DNA from: Polyangiales bacterium
Lineage (GTDB): Bacteria > Myxococcota_A > Polyangia > Polyangiales > Ga0077539
Reading direction: 5' to 3'
DNA length: 64,000 nucleotides
NCBI GenBank assembly: GCA_044229975.1
Contig: JBGARZ010000006.1
Span: 128,001 to 192,000 of the forward strand
The translations under genes and the position numbers were made by a program. Each line of letters opens with the position of its first letter. Within the stretch, counting starts at the first letter, position 1. Under the pieces are notes generated by a model. The model was not told where the DNA came from. It saw only the letters and a program-made list of their open reading frames with translations, and did not search any database. Positions 1-9,138 of this stretch are shown here, piece by piece.

Positions 1-2857
1 CCCCGTCATCGTCGCCGACGCACTCAACGACCTCGCCGTCGCGTGCTCCGCGACGCCCGCGCTGCACCAGGACGGAACCGACGAGCGCGTCTTCGCCCTC
101 GCCCGCACGGTCGCCGCGCTCGAACCGATGACCTCCCCGCAGGCCGCCCTCGCCCGCCTGCGCCTGCTGCGCGGACTCGGAACGCTCCCGCCGCGATCGC
201 GCACCCGCCGCATCGAGCCCGTCGCCGAACACGCGCGCGAGCAGTGGGCTTCCCTGGCGCAGGACGCGACGTCCATGGTGTCGCTGCACCTCGGCGAGGT
301 GATGCGCGCGGTGGTCACCAGCGCCCACGCCAACTACGCGCGGGCGAAGGCGAAGCGCGCGGCGCTGGACTACGGCGACCTCATGCGAAGGCTGCGCGAC
401 GCCCTGCGCGATCAGCCCTCGCTGCGACGCGAGTGGAAGCAGCGCTACGACGCGGTGCTGGTGGATGAGTTTCAGGACACCAACCGGGTGCAGCGCGACC
501 TGCTGTACCTGTTGCGCGAGCGGCGCGACGTGGAGCACCCGCTCGCCCCCGGACAATCGCTCACGGCCGCAGAGCTCGAACCCACGGGTCTGTTGCTGGT
601 GGGCGACGCGAAGCAGTCCATCTACGCGTTTCGCGGCGCGGAGGTGGCGGTCTTTCTGGAGACCGAGCGCGAGGTGCTGGCGGCGGGCGGCGAGCGCCTC
701 GACCTCACCGAGAGTCATCGTGCGCTGGGCTCGATGCTGGAGGCGATCAACCCGGTGACGTCGGCTCTCCTCGGCGCCGAGGGCAGTCGTCTCGAAGGGC
801 TCTACGACCCGGCGCGCGACGCGCTGCGCGCAGTGGGAACCGCCGCGCCGTCGACCGAGCCGCGGGTCGAGCTGCTGCTGGTCGACGACGGCCGCGCGGA
901 GGAGCAACGAACGTCCGAAGCCGAGGCGATCGCGCGGCGCATCGCGGCGCTGTCACGCACGGCCGATCACCCGCCGGGGTGGCGCGCGCCGCGGATGGAT
1001 GACGTGGCGATCCTGGTACCCACGTGGTCGCATCTGGAGCCCATCAAGCGGGCGCTGCAAGCGCGTGGGATTCCGTATGCGCTGCGCGGTGGACCCGGGT
1101 TCTGGGACCGCCGTGAGGTCGACGACCTGCTCACGCTGCTGCGCTTCGTGGCCGACCCGAGCGATCGCCTCGCGCTCGCGTCGCTCTTGCGCGGTCCGCT
1201 GGTGGGCTTGTCCGACGCGGGTCTCGCCAACCTGTTTTCGCGGGCGTCGGGCCTGGAGGAGATTCTCGATCCGTCGCCGTCGCTGCGCGCGGCGCTCGCG
1301 CCCGAAGACCTCACCCGCCTCGACGAAGCGCGAACGTCGTTGCGGCGGATGGTTCGCTTCGGACCGACGCTCGGTCCCGCGGGGCTGTTGCGACAGGCGC
1401 TGGCGGAGCGGCACTTCGCGGCGGTGATGGCGCAGCTGTCGTTTGGCGCGCAGCGGGTGGCCAACGTCGACAAGCTGCTCGGGCTCGCGTCGTCGGCGGA
1501 GCAGCGCGGCGGCGAGGCGTCCGACCTGCCGGGCTTCGTTCGGTGGGTCGACCGGATGCGCGCGGCGTCGCAGCGCGAGAGCGAGGCCGACGTCGAGGAG
1601 GTGTCGGGCTCGGTGCAGGTGCTGTCCATCCACGCGGCGAAGGGGTTGGAGTGGCCGGTGGTGTTCGTGGCGCAGACGTCGCGCCGGCCGCCGCCGCGTA
1701 CCGAGCGGGTGCTGCTGGATGGCGATCGTCGCTTCGTGGTGATGCCCGGCGGCGAGGAGACGTCGGAGCGCTTCAAGGCGCTGCGCAAGGAGGCGCACGC
1801 GACCGAAGAGGACGACGCGCGGCGCATGCTCTACGTGGCGCTCACGCGGGCGAGAGACCTGCTGGTGGTGAGCGGACCCGCGGCGGAGGGCGACGGCGAC
1901 TGGGCGCGGCTGCGGTCGGCGCTGCGGGCCGAGGCGCCGTTTCGGGTGCGCGTGTGGGAGCCCGGCGAAGACGGCAAGGCCGTGGCGGTGCGGGCGCGCA
2001 AGGAGCCCGACGACGACACGGAGGCGAGCGCAGACGACGTGACGGCGAGGTCGGAGCGGGCGCCGCGGAGGCTCGCGCTCCTGGGCGAAGCGGTGCAGGA
2101 CCTCGCGTGGTGCGGGCGGCGGTTTCACGCGCGGCACGAGCTGGGGCTGCGGGAGCACGGCGCGTCGCACGGCGTGTCGGAAGAGGCGGGCGCGCTGGCG
2201 AGGCGGGTGCTGGTGGAGGTCGCGTGGTCGCGGGTGGTGAGCGACCCGGAGGAGGCGCTGCGGGCGGTGGGCGCGGCGTCGGGCGTTCACGCATCGGGCG
2301 TCGGCGCGGCGGGCGCGCTGGCGATGCTGCGACGCTTCGCGAAGACGGCGGTGGCGCGCGCGGTGGCGGCGGAGGGCGGCGCGGGATTGCTGTTGGGGCG
2401 GGCGATGCCGTGGGGCCTACGGATGACCGACGGCGCGACGGAGCTGAGCGTGACGGGCGAGCTCGACCTCGTACTGAGCGGCGAGGCGGTGGGCCGCGAC
2501 GACGTGCTGGTGGTGCGGGTGGCGACGGGCGTCGACCTCGACGAGAGTGATCTACCGGGCGGCGTGGGCCCGCTGGACGCGGCGCTGGAGCTGGCGCTGG
2601 GCGGCCACGCGCTGGGTCAACGACTGCGCGAGGGTGGCGGCGGGACGGCGGTGCGCGGCGCGGTGCTGGTGCTGAGCGAGGAGGCCGACGCCGAGCTGGT
2701 GGTGCTACCGAAGTGGGACGACGGGGTGATCGAGGCGCGCGCGCTGGAGCTGGCGCGTGGGATGGCGATGGCGCGAGAGAGCGGGCGCTGGGAGGGGAGA
2801 GCGCAGCACGTGTGTCGGGCGCTGCGCTGCGGGTTCATCGGGCGGTGTCATGGGTGA
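1..2857 (+). CDS. UvrD/AddA-like SF1 helicase with C-terminal degenerate nuclease domain (5' truncated)
   Basis: Motifs VDEFQDTN, GDAKQSIYAFRGA, SIHAAKGLEWP, LYVALTRARD; frame open to the window edge. Confidence 0.9.
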   Translation, partial: PVIVADALNDLAVACSATPALHQDGTDERVFALARTVAALEPMTSPQAALARLRLLRGLGTLPPRSRTRRIEPVAEHAREQWASLAQDATSMVSLHLGEVMRAVVTSAHANYARAKAKRAALDYGDLMRRLRDALRDQPSLRREWKQRYDAVLVDEFQDTNRVQRDLLYLLRERRDVEHPLAPGQSLTAAELEPTGLLLVGDAKQSIYAFRGAEVAVFLETEREVLAAGGERLDLTESHRALGSMLEAINPVTSALLGAEGSRLEGLYDPARDALRAVGTAAPSTEPRVELLLVDDGRAEEQRTSEAEAIARRIAALSRTADHPPGWRAPRMDDVAILVPTWSHLEPIKRALQARGIPYALRGGPGFWDRREVDDLLTLLRFVADPSDRLALASLLRGPLVGLSDAGLANLFSRASGLEEILDPSPSLRAALAPEDLTRLDEARTSLRRMVRFGPTLGPAGLLRQALAERHFAAVMAQLSFGAQRVANVDKLLGLASSAEQRGGEASDLPGFVRWVDRMRAASQRESEADVEEVSGSVQVLSIHAAKGLEWPVVFVAQTSRRPPPRTERVLLDGDRRFVVMPGGEETSERFKALRKEAHATEEDDARRMLYVALTRARDLLVVSGPAAEGDGDWARLRSALRAEAPFRVRVWEPGEDGKAVAVRARKEPDDDTEASADDVTARSERAPRRLALLGEAVQDLAWCGRRFHARHELGLREHGASHGVSEEAGALARRVLVEVAWSRVVSDPEEALRAVGAASGVHASGVGAAGALAMLRRFAKTAVARAVAAEGGAGLLLGRAMPWGLRMTDGATELSVTGELDLVLSGEAVGRDDVLVVRVATGVDLDESDLPGGVGPLDAALELALGGHALGQRLREGGGGTAVRGAVLVLSEEADAELVVLPKWDDGVIEARALELARGMAMARESGRWEGRAQHVCRALRCGFIGRCHG

Positions 2858-2899
2858 GGGGCGAGAGATCACTCTCAGCGCGGTAGCCGGACGCGATGA

Positions 2900-3922
2900 C
2901 TACTTCACGTACTTCGCGATGAGCGCATTCGCCGCCGCGGGGTCGGCCTTGCACTCCAGCAGCGCGCTGAGCAGCAGCGGCGCGATGACCGTCGCGTCGG
3001 ACTCGATGACGAACATCGGGGTGTCTTCGGTGAGCTTGTCCCAGGTGATCTTCTCGTTGGGGGTCGCGCCCGAGTAGGAGCCGTACGACGTGGTCGAGTC
3101 GGAGATCTGGCAGAAGTACGCCCAGGGCTTCACCGGCTGCTCCAGGTCGTACTTGATGGACGGAACCACGCAGATGGGGAAGTCCCCCGCGATGCCGCCG
3201 CCGATCTGGAAGAACCCCACCCCAGCGCCCTCCGCGAGCACCTGATACTGCTCGTAGAGCGCGCCCATGTACTCGATGCCCGACTTCGCGATGGAGGCGC
3301 TGCAATCGCCGAACTTCACGTGCGACGCGAAGATGTTGCCGAAGGTCGAGTCCTCGTAGCCCGGGACGACGATGGGGAGGTTGGCCTTCGCCGCGGCGAG
3401 CAGCCAGCACTCGTCGGCGTTGCCCTGCTGAAGCTCCGGGCCGACGGCCTGGATCACCTCGTAGAAGTACTCGTGCCAGAAGCGGCGCGTGCCGGTGGCA
3501 TCGGCGTTCTTCCACATCGGGACGATGATCTTCTCGACCGCGCGAAAGGCCTCGTCCTCGGGGATGCTGGTGTCCGTCACGCGGCGCATCCGGTCTTCGA
3601 GGATCTTCGTGTCGTCCTGCTTGGTGAAGTACCGGTAGTCGGGGAAGTCCTTGTAGTGGTCGTGCGCCACGAGGCGGAAGAGCGACTCCTCCAGGTTGGC
3701 CCCGGTGACCGACAGCCCGTGGATGAGCCCCGCGCGGATGGCCGGCGCCAGCGTGATGCCGAGCTGCGCCGACGACATCGCCCCCGCCACCGCCCAGAAC
3801 ATCTTCCCGCCCGCCTCGATGTGCCGCCAGTACGCGATGAGCGCGTCGCGCGTCGCGCGGGCGTTGAAGTTCTTGTAGTTGCGGAGGACGAACTCGAGGA
3901 TCGGGGTCGCGGAGGTGGTCAT
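2900..3922 (-). CDS. Deoxyhypusine synthase-family protein (probable homospermidine synthase)
   Basis: AGAMSSA, TGANLEE, IGGGIAGDFPIC, YGSYSGATPNEKITWDK, IESDAT. Confidence 0.9.
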   Translation of the reverse strand: MTTSATPILEFVLRNYKNFNARATRDALIAYWRHIEAGGKMFWAVAGAMSSAQLGITLAPAIRAGLIHGLSVTGANLEESLFRLVAHDHYKDFPDYRYFTKQDDTKILEDRMRRVTDTSIPEDEAFRAVEKIIVPMWKNADATGTRRFWHEYFYEVIQAVGPELQQGNADECWLLAAAKANLPIVVPGYEDSTFGNIFASHVKFGDCSASIAKSGIEYMGALYEQYQVLAEGAGVGFFQIGGGIAGDFPICVVPSIKYDLEQPVKPWAYFCQISDSTTSYGSYSGATPNEKITWDKLTEDTPMFVIESDATVIAPLLLSALLECKADPAAANALIAKYVK

Positions 3923-4004
3923 TCCTGGTCCTGTGGGGTTTAGGTCGTTGGGCCGTTGCAGGCGCGCACGCTATCACGACCCCCACGCGGTATTCTCCGG
4001 CGCG

Positions 4005-5525
4005 ATGACCCCGCGCGCCGCCACGCTCCTCGTCGCTCTCGCCGGGGGATGCGCCGTCGAAGAAGCACCCGTCGCCCTCGACGCGGGCGCCATCGAAGAC
4101 ACCGTCGACCCGGTCGACACGCCCTCCGTCGTCGACGTCAGCACCGCCACCGATGTCGTCACTGCGCGCGACGTCCCACGCGCTTCCATGGACGTCCCGA
4201 TGCGCGTCGACGTCGTCGCTGCGCGCGACGTTGCACCCGCGCGCGATGTCCCCGTCGTTGTCGATCGCCCGACTGCCCCGATGGTGGTCACCGCGCGCAA
4301 CCCCGTGCTCACCGGCGACCACCCCGACCCGGCCGTGCTGCGCGTCGAGTCCGGCGGGCGCGTGTCCTACTACCTCGTCGCGACCGTCGATCAGGGCGAC
4401 TTCCCCATCTACCGATCCGACGACCTCGTGCACTGGACGCGCCTCTCCGAAGGCGCCTTCCGTCGACCATTCGCTGCCGGTGGTTCGTACGAGATCAACG
4501 GGCACCACTACTGTCACCTGTGGGCGCCGCAGCTCGTCGCGGTGCGACCTGGAGCGTTCATGCTGGCGTTCACGGCGAGCCGCTACGACCGCGCGCAGCG
4601 ACCGTGCCCCGCGTACGGCGAAGACGGCGGCATCTACCTCGCGTCGTCGGCCAACGTCGAAGGCCCCTACGCCGTCGCCGACCACCCGTGGGAGCCGTTG
4701 CCCGCGGGCGGTCAGATCAGCTCGTGCGCCATCCGCGACTCCCTGCCCCGCAGCCTCGACCGCGTCTCCGGTGACTGCCAGGGGACCTTCTGCCACCACA
4801 TCATCCGCCTCGACGGCGACGTGTTTCGCGACCCCACCACCGGGCGCTGGTGGCTGTCGTACGCGTGGTTCACCAACACCCCGGCGCGCGTCGAGTGGGA
4901 GTACGCCAACCACGGCGAGCACTCCTCGCTCGTCGAGCTCGACGGCGCCGACCCGTGGGCGGTGCGGTGCACCACGTCGGTTCCGCAGGTGATCGTGGCC
5001 AACCCCCATGACGATGCGACGACCAACCGGCTGCGGTCGTCGTGTACGCGCTGCGGCGAGATGCTGTCGTTCACGCGCGGTCGGCAGGGCGAGAACATGG
5101 TGCGCGACGGTCACTCGTGGGGCGTGGCCGAAGGACCGGCGCTCTTCCGTCGCGGCGCGCTGGTGTACGCGCTGTACTCCGGCAGCGCGTGGGACTCGGC
5201 CTACTACCACGTGGCCTGGAGCGCGGCGCCGACGGTGGAGGAGCTCAGCTACGACAACCCGCGACGGCTGGTGGGACGGCTGCTCATTCCGAGCAACGGG
5301 ATGTCCTTTGGACATGGCAGCCCGGTGCTGGGGCCCGACGGGGAGAGCTGGTTCTACGTGTATCACCGGCTGCGCGCGGAGGCGTGCCGGGCGTCGGGCG
5401 ACTGCGCGCGCGACGTGTGGGTGAGCCCGCTGACCTTCGACGATCGGGGTGACGGGCGCGGCGCAGTGTATCTGCGGACGCGCTTCCCGGCGGAGGATGC
5501 GACGGTGACGGTTCCGTTGAGGTGA
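4005..5525 (+). CDS. GH43-like glycoside hydrolase lipoprotein
   Basis: Lipobox LAGGC, D/V/P linker, NPVLTGDHPDP, LWAP, AEGP, FGHGS. Confidence 0.8.
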   Translation: MTPRAATLLVALAGGCAVEEAPVALDAGAIEDTVDPVDTPSVVDVSTATDVVTARDVPRASMDVPMRVDVVAARDVAPARDVPVVVDRPTAPMVVTARNPVLTGDHPDPAVLRVESGGRVSYYLVATVDQGDFPIYRSDDLVHWTRLSEGAFRRPFAAGGSYEINGHHYCHLWAPQLVAVRPGAFMLAFTASRYDRAQRPCPAYGEDGGIYLASSANVEGPYAVADHPWEPLPAGGQISSCAIRDSLPRSLDRVSGDCQGTFCHHIIRLDGDVFRDPTTGRWWLSYAWFTNTPARVEWEYANHGEHSSLVELDGADPWAVRCTTSVPQVIVANPHDDATTNRLRSSCTRCGEMLSFTRGRQGENMVRDGHSWGVAEGPALFRRGALVYALYSGSAWDSAYYHVAWSAAPTVEELSYDNPRRLVGRLLIPSNGMSFGHGSPVLGPDGESWFYVYHRLRAEACRASGDCARDVWVSPLTFDDRGDGRGAVYLRTRFPAEDATVTVPLR

Positions 5526-5596
5526 GCGCGCGGAACCTCTCGCCGCACCCGTTGTCGTGACCTCGTCCGGCGCTTCGCCGGACGGGAGACGCGACC

Positions 5597-6247
5597 ATGA
5601 ACCGGCTGTTGGATGCGTTGAAGGAAGGCGGCTGGGGCATGTACCCGCTGGGCGCGACGCTGTTCGTGGCGCTGAGCGTCGTCGTCGAGCGCGCTCTCTG
5701 GTTTCGCCGCAGCGCCTTCGACGCAGAAGAGTTGCTCGACCTCATCGAGGAGCGCGTGAGCTCGCGCGACCTCGGCGCGGCGGTCACCCAGTGCACGCTC
5801 ATCGCGGCCCCGGTGGCGCGCGTCATCCTCGCGGGGCTGATGCAGTTCGACCGCGGCGCATCGATGGTGACGGCAGCCCTGGAGCAGGCGGTGGCGCGCG
5901 AGGCGCCGCGGGCCGAACGGAGGGTGGCGTGGCTCGCGACGCTCGCCCAGGTGGCGGGATTGCTGGGGCTCTTCGGTACCTTCACGACGTTGCTGTCAGC
6001 GAACAGCAACTGCTTTCCCACAGGCCCCGCGCGGAGCCGGGCCGAGGAGTTGGCTGGCGACATCGGTGAGGCGCTGCGATGCATCCAGCTCGGGTTGCTG
6101 GTCGCGGCGGTCGCGGTGGTGGGCTACGCGCTGCTGCGACATGCGGCCCGTGGGCGCGAGCGGGAGTTGCGGGCGGCCGCAGCGCGCATCGTGGCGCTGG
6201 CGGACACCCATCAAGCGTTGCAGGAGCCGGGCGTTCCGTATCGGTGA
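5597..6247 (+). CDS. MotA/TolQ/ExbB-family proton channel protein
   Basis: EGGWGMYPL start, LATLAQVAGLLGLFGT, GDIGEAL; three hydrophobic segments. Confidence 0.85.
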   Translation: MNRLLDALKEGGWGMYPLGATLFVALSVVVERALWFRRSAFDAEELLDLIEERVSSRDLGAAVTQCTLIAAPVARVILAGLMQFDRGASMVTAALEQAVAREAPRAERRVAWLATLAQVAGLLGLFGTFTTLLSANSNCFPTGPARSRAEELAGDIGEALRCIQLGLLVAAVAVVGYALLRHAARGRERELRAAAARIVALADTHQALQEPGVPYR

Positions 6248-6400
6248 GCGCGGTTCCCCGGGGACTGCGGACGTCGCGGGTGCGCGCCGCGCTGACGCCG
6301 CGGCGTGGGCCCGATGTCAGAGGCAGTGCCCCCCTTGCGCGCGGCGGGTTCGTGCCCGATTCCGTGAGGTGGACGTTCGACTGCCACGGAGGACCGCGCG

Positions 6401-6811
6401 ATGCCGACGAAGCGATACAAAGGGAGCTGCCACTGCGGGACGGTGAAGTACGAGGTCGACGTTGACCTCCTGACCGGCACCGGCCGCTGCAACTGCACCT
6501 ACTGCGCGAAGGTTCGCAACTGGTCCATCGGCGTGAAACCCGAAGCATTCACGTTGCTGTCGGGGGAGGGCGAGCTCGGCGACTACAACTTCCGCACGGA
6601 CAGCACCAACCACCATCACTTCTGCAAGACGTGCGGCGTGCGAACCCACTCGCGCGGCTACGTGAAGGAGATCGGCGGCGACTACGTGAGCGTCATGCTC
6701 ACGACCCTCGACGGCATCGAGCCGCGCGAGCTCATCGAGGCCCCGCTCCGCTACATGGACGGGCTGCACGACAACTGGTTCTCGACGCCGGTGGAGACGC
6801 GACACCTTTGA
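6401..6811 (+). CDS. GFA/CENP-V family Zn-binding protein
   Basis: GSCHCG, CNCTYC, FCKTCG; RBS GGAGG upstream. Confidence 0.92.
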   Translation: MPTKRYKGSCHCGTVKYEVDVDLLTGTGRCNCTYCAKVRNWSIGVKPEAFTLLSGEGELGDYNFRTDSTNHHHFCKTCGVRTHSRGYVKEIGGDYVSVMLTTLDGIEPRELIEAPLRYMDGLHDNWFSTPVETRHL

Positions 6812-6860
6812 GCGAGAGCCAGTGACGTTCGTGGCGCGCTGACCCTATGATCGGCGCGCC

Positions 6861-7820
6861 ATGGAATACCGACGCATGGGCCGCTCTGGCCTCCAGCTCT
6901 CCGTTCTCTCCTTCGGCTCGTGGGTGACCTTCTCCACGCAGCTCGACGAAGACCTCGCCACCGACTGCATGAAGGCCGCCCGCGAAGCCGGCGTGAACTT
7001 CTTCGACAACGCCGAGGTGTACGCCCGCGGCAAGTCCGAAGAGGTCATGGGCCAGTCGCTCCGCAAGCTCGGCTGGCGCCGCGGCTCGTACGTCGTCTCG
7101 ACCAAGCTCTACTGGGGCCTCAACAAGGGCCCCAACGAGCAGAACACCCTCAACCGCAAGTACCTCCTCGAAGCCATGGACGGCTCGTTGGAGCGCTTCG
7201 GACTGCCCCACGTCGACATCACGTTCTGCCACCGGCCCGACTCCGAGACGCCCATCGACGAGACCGTGCTCGCGATGCACGACCTCGTCGCGCGGGGAAA
7301 GACCCACTACTGGGGCACCAGCGAGTGGAGCGCCGAGCAGTTTCGCGAGGCGTGGGACTTCGCCGACCGCTGGCGCCTGCACCGCCCGGTAGTCGAGCAG
7401 CCGCAGTACCACCTGCTCCACCGCGAGCGCGTCGAGGTCGAATACGCGCCCTTGTATAAAGACCTCGGCATGGGCACCACGACGTGGTCGCCGCTCGCCT
7501 CGGGTCTGCTCACGGGGAAGTATCTCGATGGGGTTCCGGAGGGGTCGCGCGCCGCGCTCAAGGGCTATGAGTGGCTGCGCAAGGAGCTGGTCAACCCCGA
7601 CCACGCGCCCAAGGTGCGGCGCCTCATGGCGGTGGCCGAGTCGCTCGGCTGCACCGTCGCGCAGCTCGCCATCGCGTGGTGCGCGAAGAACCCCCGCGTG
7701 AGCACCGTCATCACCGGTGCCAGCCGCCCCTCGCAGGTCACCGAAAACCTCAAGGCCATGGACGTCATCCCGAAGCTCACCCCAGAGGTGATGACCCGCA
7801 TCGACGCCGCGCTCGCGTAG
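6861..7820 (+). CDS. Aldo/keto reductase (Kv-beta-like)
   Basis: [38 protein letters not shown]. Confidence 0.93.
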   Translation: MEYRRMGRSGLQLSVLSFGSWVTFSTQLDEDLATDCMKAAREAGVNFFDNAEVYARGKSEEVMGQSLRKLGWRRGSYVVSTKLYWGLNKGPNEQNTLNRKYLLEAMDGSLERFGLPHVDITFCHRPDSETPIDETVLAMHDLVARGKTHYWGTSEWSAEQFREAWDFADRWRLHRPVVEQPQYHLLHRERVEVEYAPLYKDLGMGTTTWSPLASGLLTGKYLDGVPEGSRAALKGYEWLRKELVNPDHAPKVRRLMAVAESLGCTVAQLAIAWCAKNPRVSTVITGASRPSQVTENLKAMDVIPKLTPEVMTRIDAALA

Positions 7821-7870
7821 CGAACGACAACCCTCGCGCGCGTCCCCGGCCCTGCGGTACACCGATCGAT

Positions 7871-9118
7871 GTGCCACACGTCGTCTTCATCGCGCCGCGC
7901 TTCCTGGAGAACACCAACCGCTACGTGAGGGCCTTCGCCGCGCTCGACGGCGTCACCCTCAGCGTCATCAGCGCCGACCCCGAGGAGTCCATCCCCGCGG
8001 CGCTGCGCCCCCGCATCGCGGCCCACTACGGCGTCGCCGATGCCCTCGACGGCGCGCAGATCACCGTCGCCACGCGCGCCCTCGCCTCGCACGTCGGGCG
8101 CGTCGACCGGCTCACCGGCGCCCTCGAACAGCTCCAGCTCCCGATGGCCCAGGCGCGCGACGCCCTCGGCATCGAAGGCATCAACGGCGAGGTCGCCCGC
8201 AACTTCCGCGACAAAGACCGCATGAAGGCCGTGCTCCGCGACCACGGTGTTCCGGTCGCGCGCAGCGCTCTCGTGCGCTCGCCCCACGAGCTCGCCCTCT
8301 TCATCGGACACGTCGGTTATCCCGTCATCATCAAGCCGCAGGCGGGCCTCGGGTCGCGCGCCACCTTCCGCGTCGAGACCAACGAAGACCTCGCCGCGCT
8401 GCGCACGAAGGGAGTGATTCCGTCGGAGTCGCAGCCGTTGCAGATCGAGGAGTTCGTCCTCGCGCGAGAGCACACCTGCGAGACGGTGACGGTGAAGGGT
8501 GTTCCGGTGTGGCGCTCGGGCACGCGCTACTTCCCGACGCCGCTCGAAGTGCTGGAGACGCCGTGGGTGCAGTACTGCGTGCTGCTCCCGCGCGAGGCCG
8601 ACGCGGAGCCCTGGGCGAGCTTCCATCCCATCAACACCGCGGCGCTGACTGCCCTCTTCGGCGAGCACGCGGGCACCGCGGCGGGAACGGCGCTCACGCA
8701 CATGGAGTGGTTTCTCCGCGCGGACGGGAGCGCGCTGGTCAACGAGGTCGGGGCGCGTCCGCCGGGCGTGCAGATCATGCCGCTGATGGGGCTCACCCAC
8801 GAGACGGACATGGTCGCAGACTGGGCCGAGCTCATCGCCTTCGATCGCTTCACCCCGAAGGCGCGGAAGTGGGCGGCGGGCGCGGCGTTCTTCCGCGGGC
8901 AGGGACGGGGTGCGCGGGTGGTGTCGGTCACGGGCGTGGAGGAGGCGGTCGAGGCCGCGGGCGACGCGCTGGTGGAGATGCGAACGCCGAAGGTGGGAAT
9001 GCCCCGCGCCGAGGGCTACGAGGGTGAAGGGTGGGCGATCGTGAAGCACGCGACCACCGACGGGGCGAAGCACGCGCTGCGTGCGCTCATCGAGCGCATC
9101 CAGGTGCGATACGGATGA
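7871..9118 (+). CDS. ATP-grasp domain ligase (paralog A)
   Basis: RDKDRMK, GYPVIIKP, IEEF, THMEWF, NEVGARPPG; GTG start inferred. Confidence 0.85.
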   Translation: MPHVVFIAPRFLENTNRYVRAFAALDGVTLSVISADPEESIPAALRPRIAAHYGVADALDGAQITVATRALASHVGRVDRLTGALEQLQLPMAQARDALGIEGINGEVARNFRDKDRMKAVLRDHGVPVARSALVRSPHELALFIGHVGYPVIIKPQAGLGSRATFRVETNEDLAALRTKGVIPSESQPLQIEEFVLAREHTCETVTVKGVPVWRSGTRYFPTPLEVLETPWVQYCVLLPREADAEPWASFHPINTAALTALFGEHAGTAAGTALTHMEWFLRADGSALVNEVGARPPGVQIMPLMGLTHETDMVADWAELIAFDRFTPKARKWAAGAAFFRGQGRGARVVSVTGVEEAVEAAGDALVEMRTPKVGMPRAEGYEGEGWAIVKHATTDGAKHALRALIERIQVRYG

Positions 9119-9138
9119 AAGGCAGACGAGGAGAACCC

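Noticed and set aside
6292..6320. CTGAC...GTCAG inverted repeat upstream of the GFA gene
   Set aside because: Short arms, long spacer and no cognate regulator nearby.
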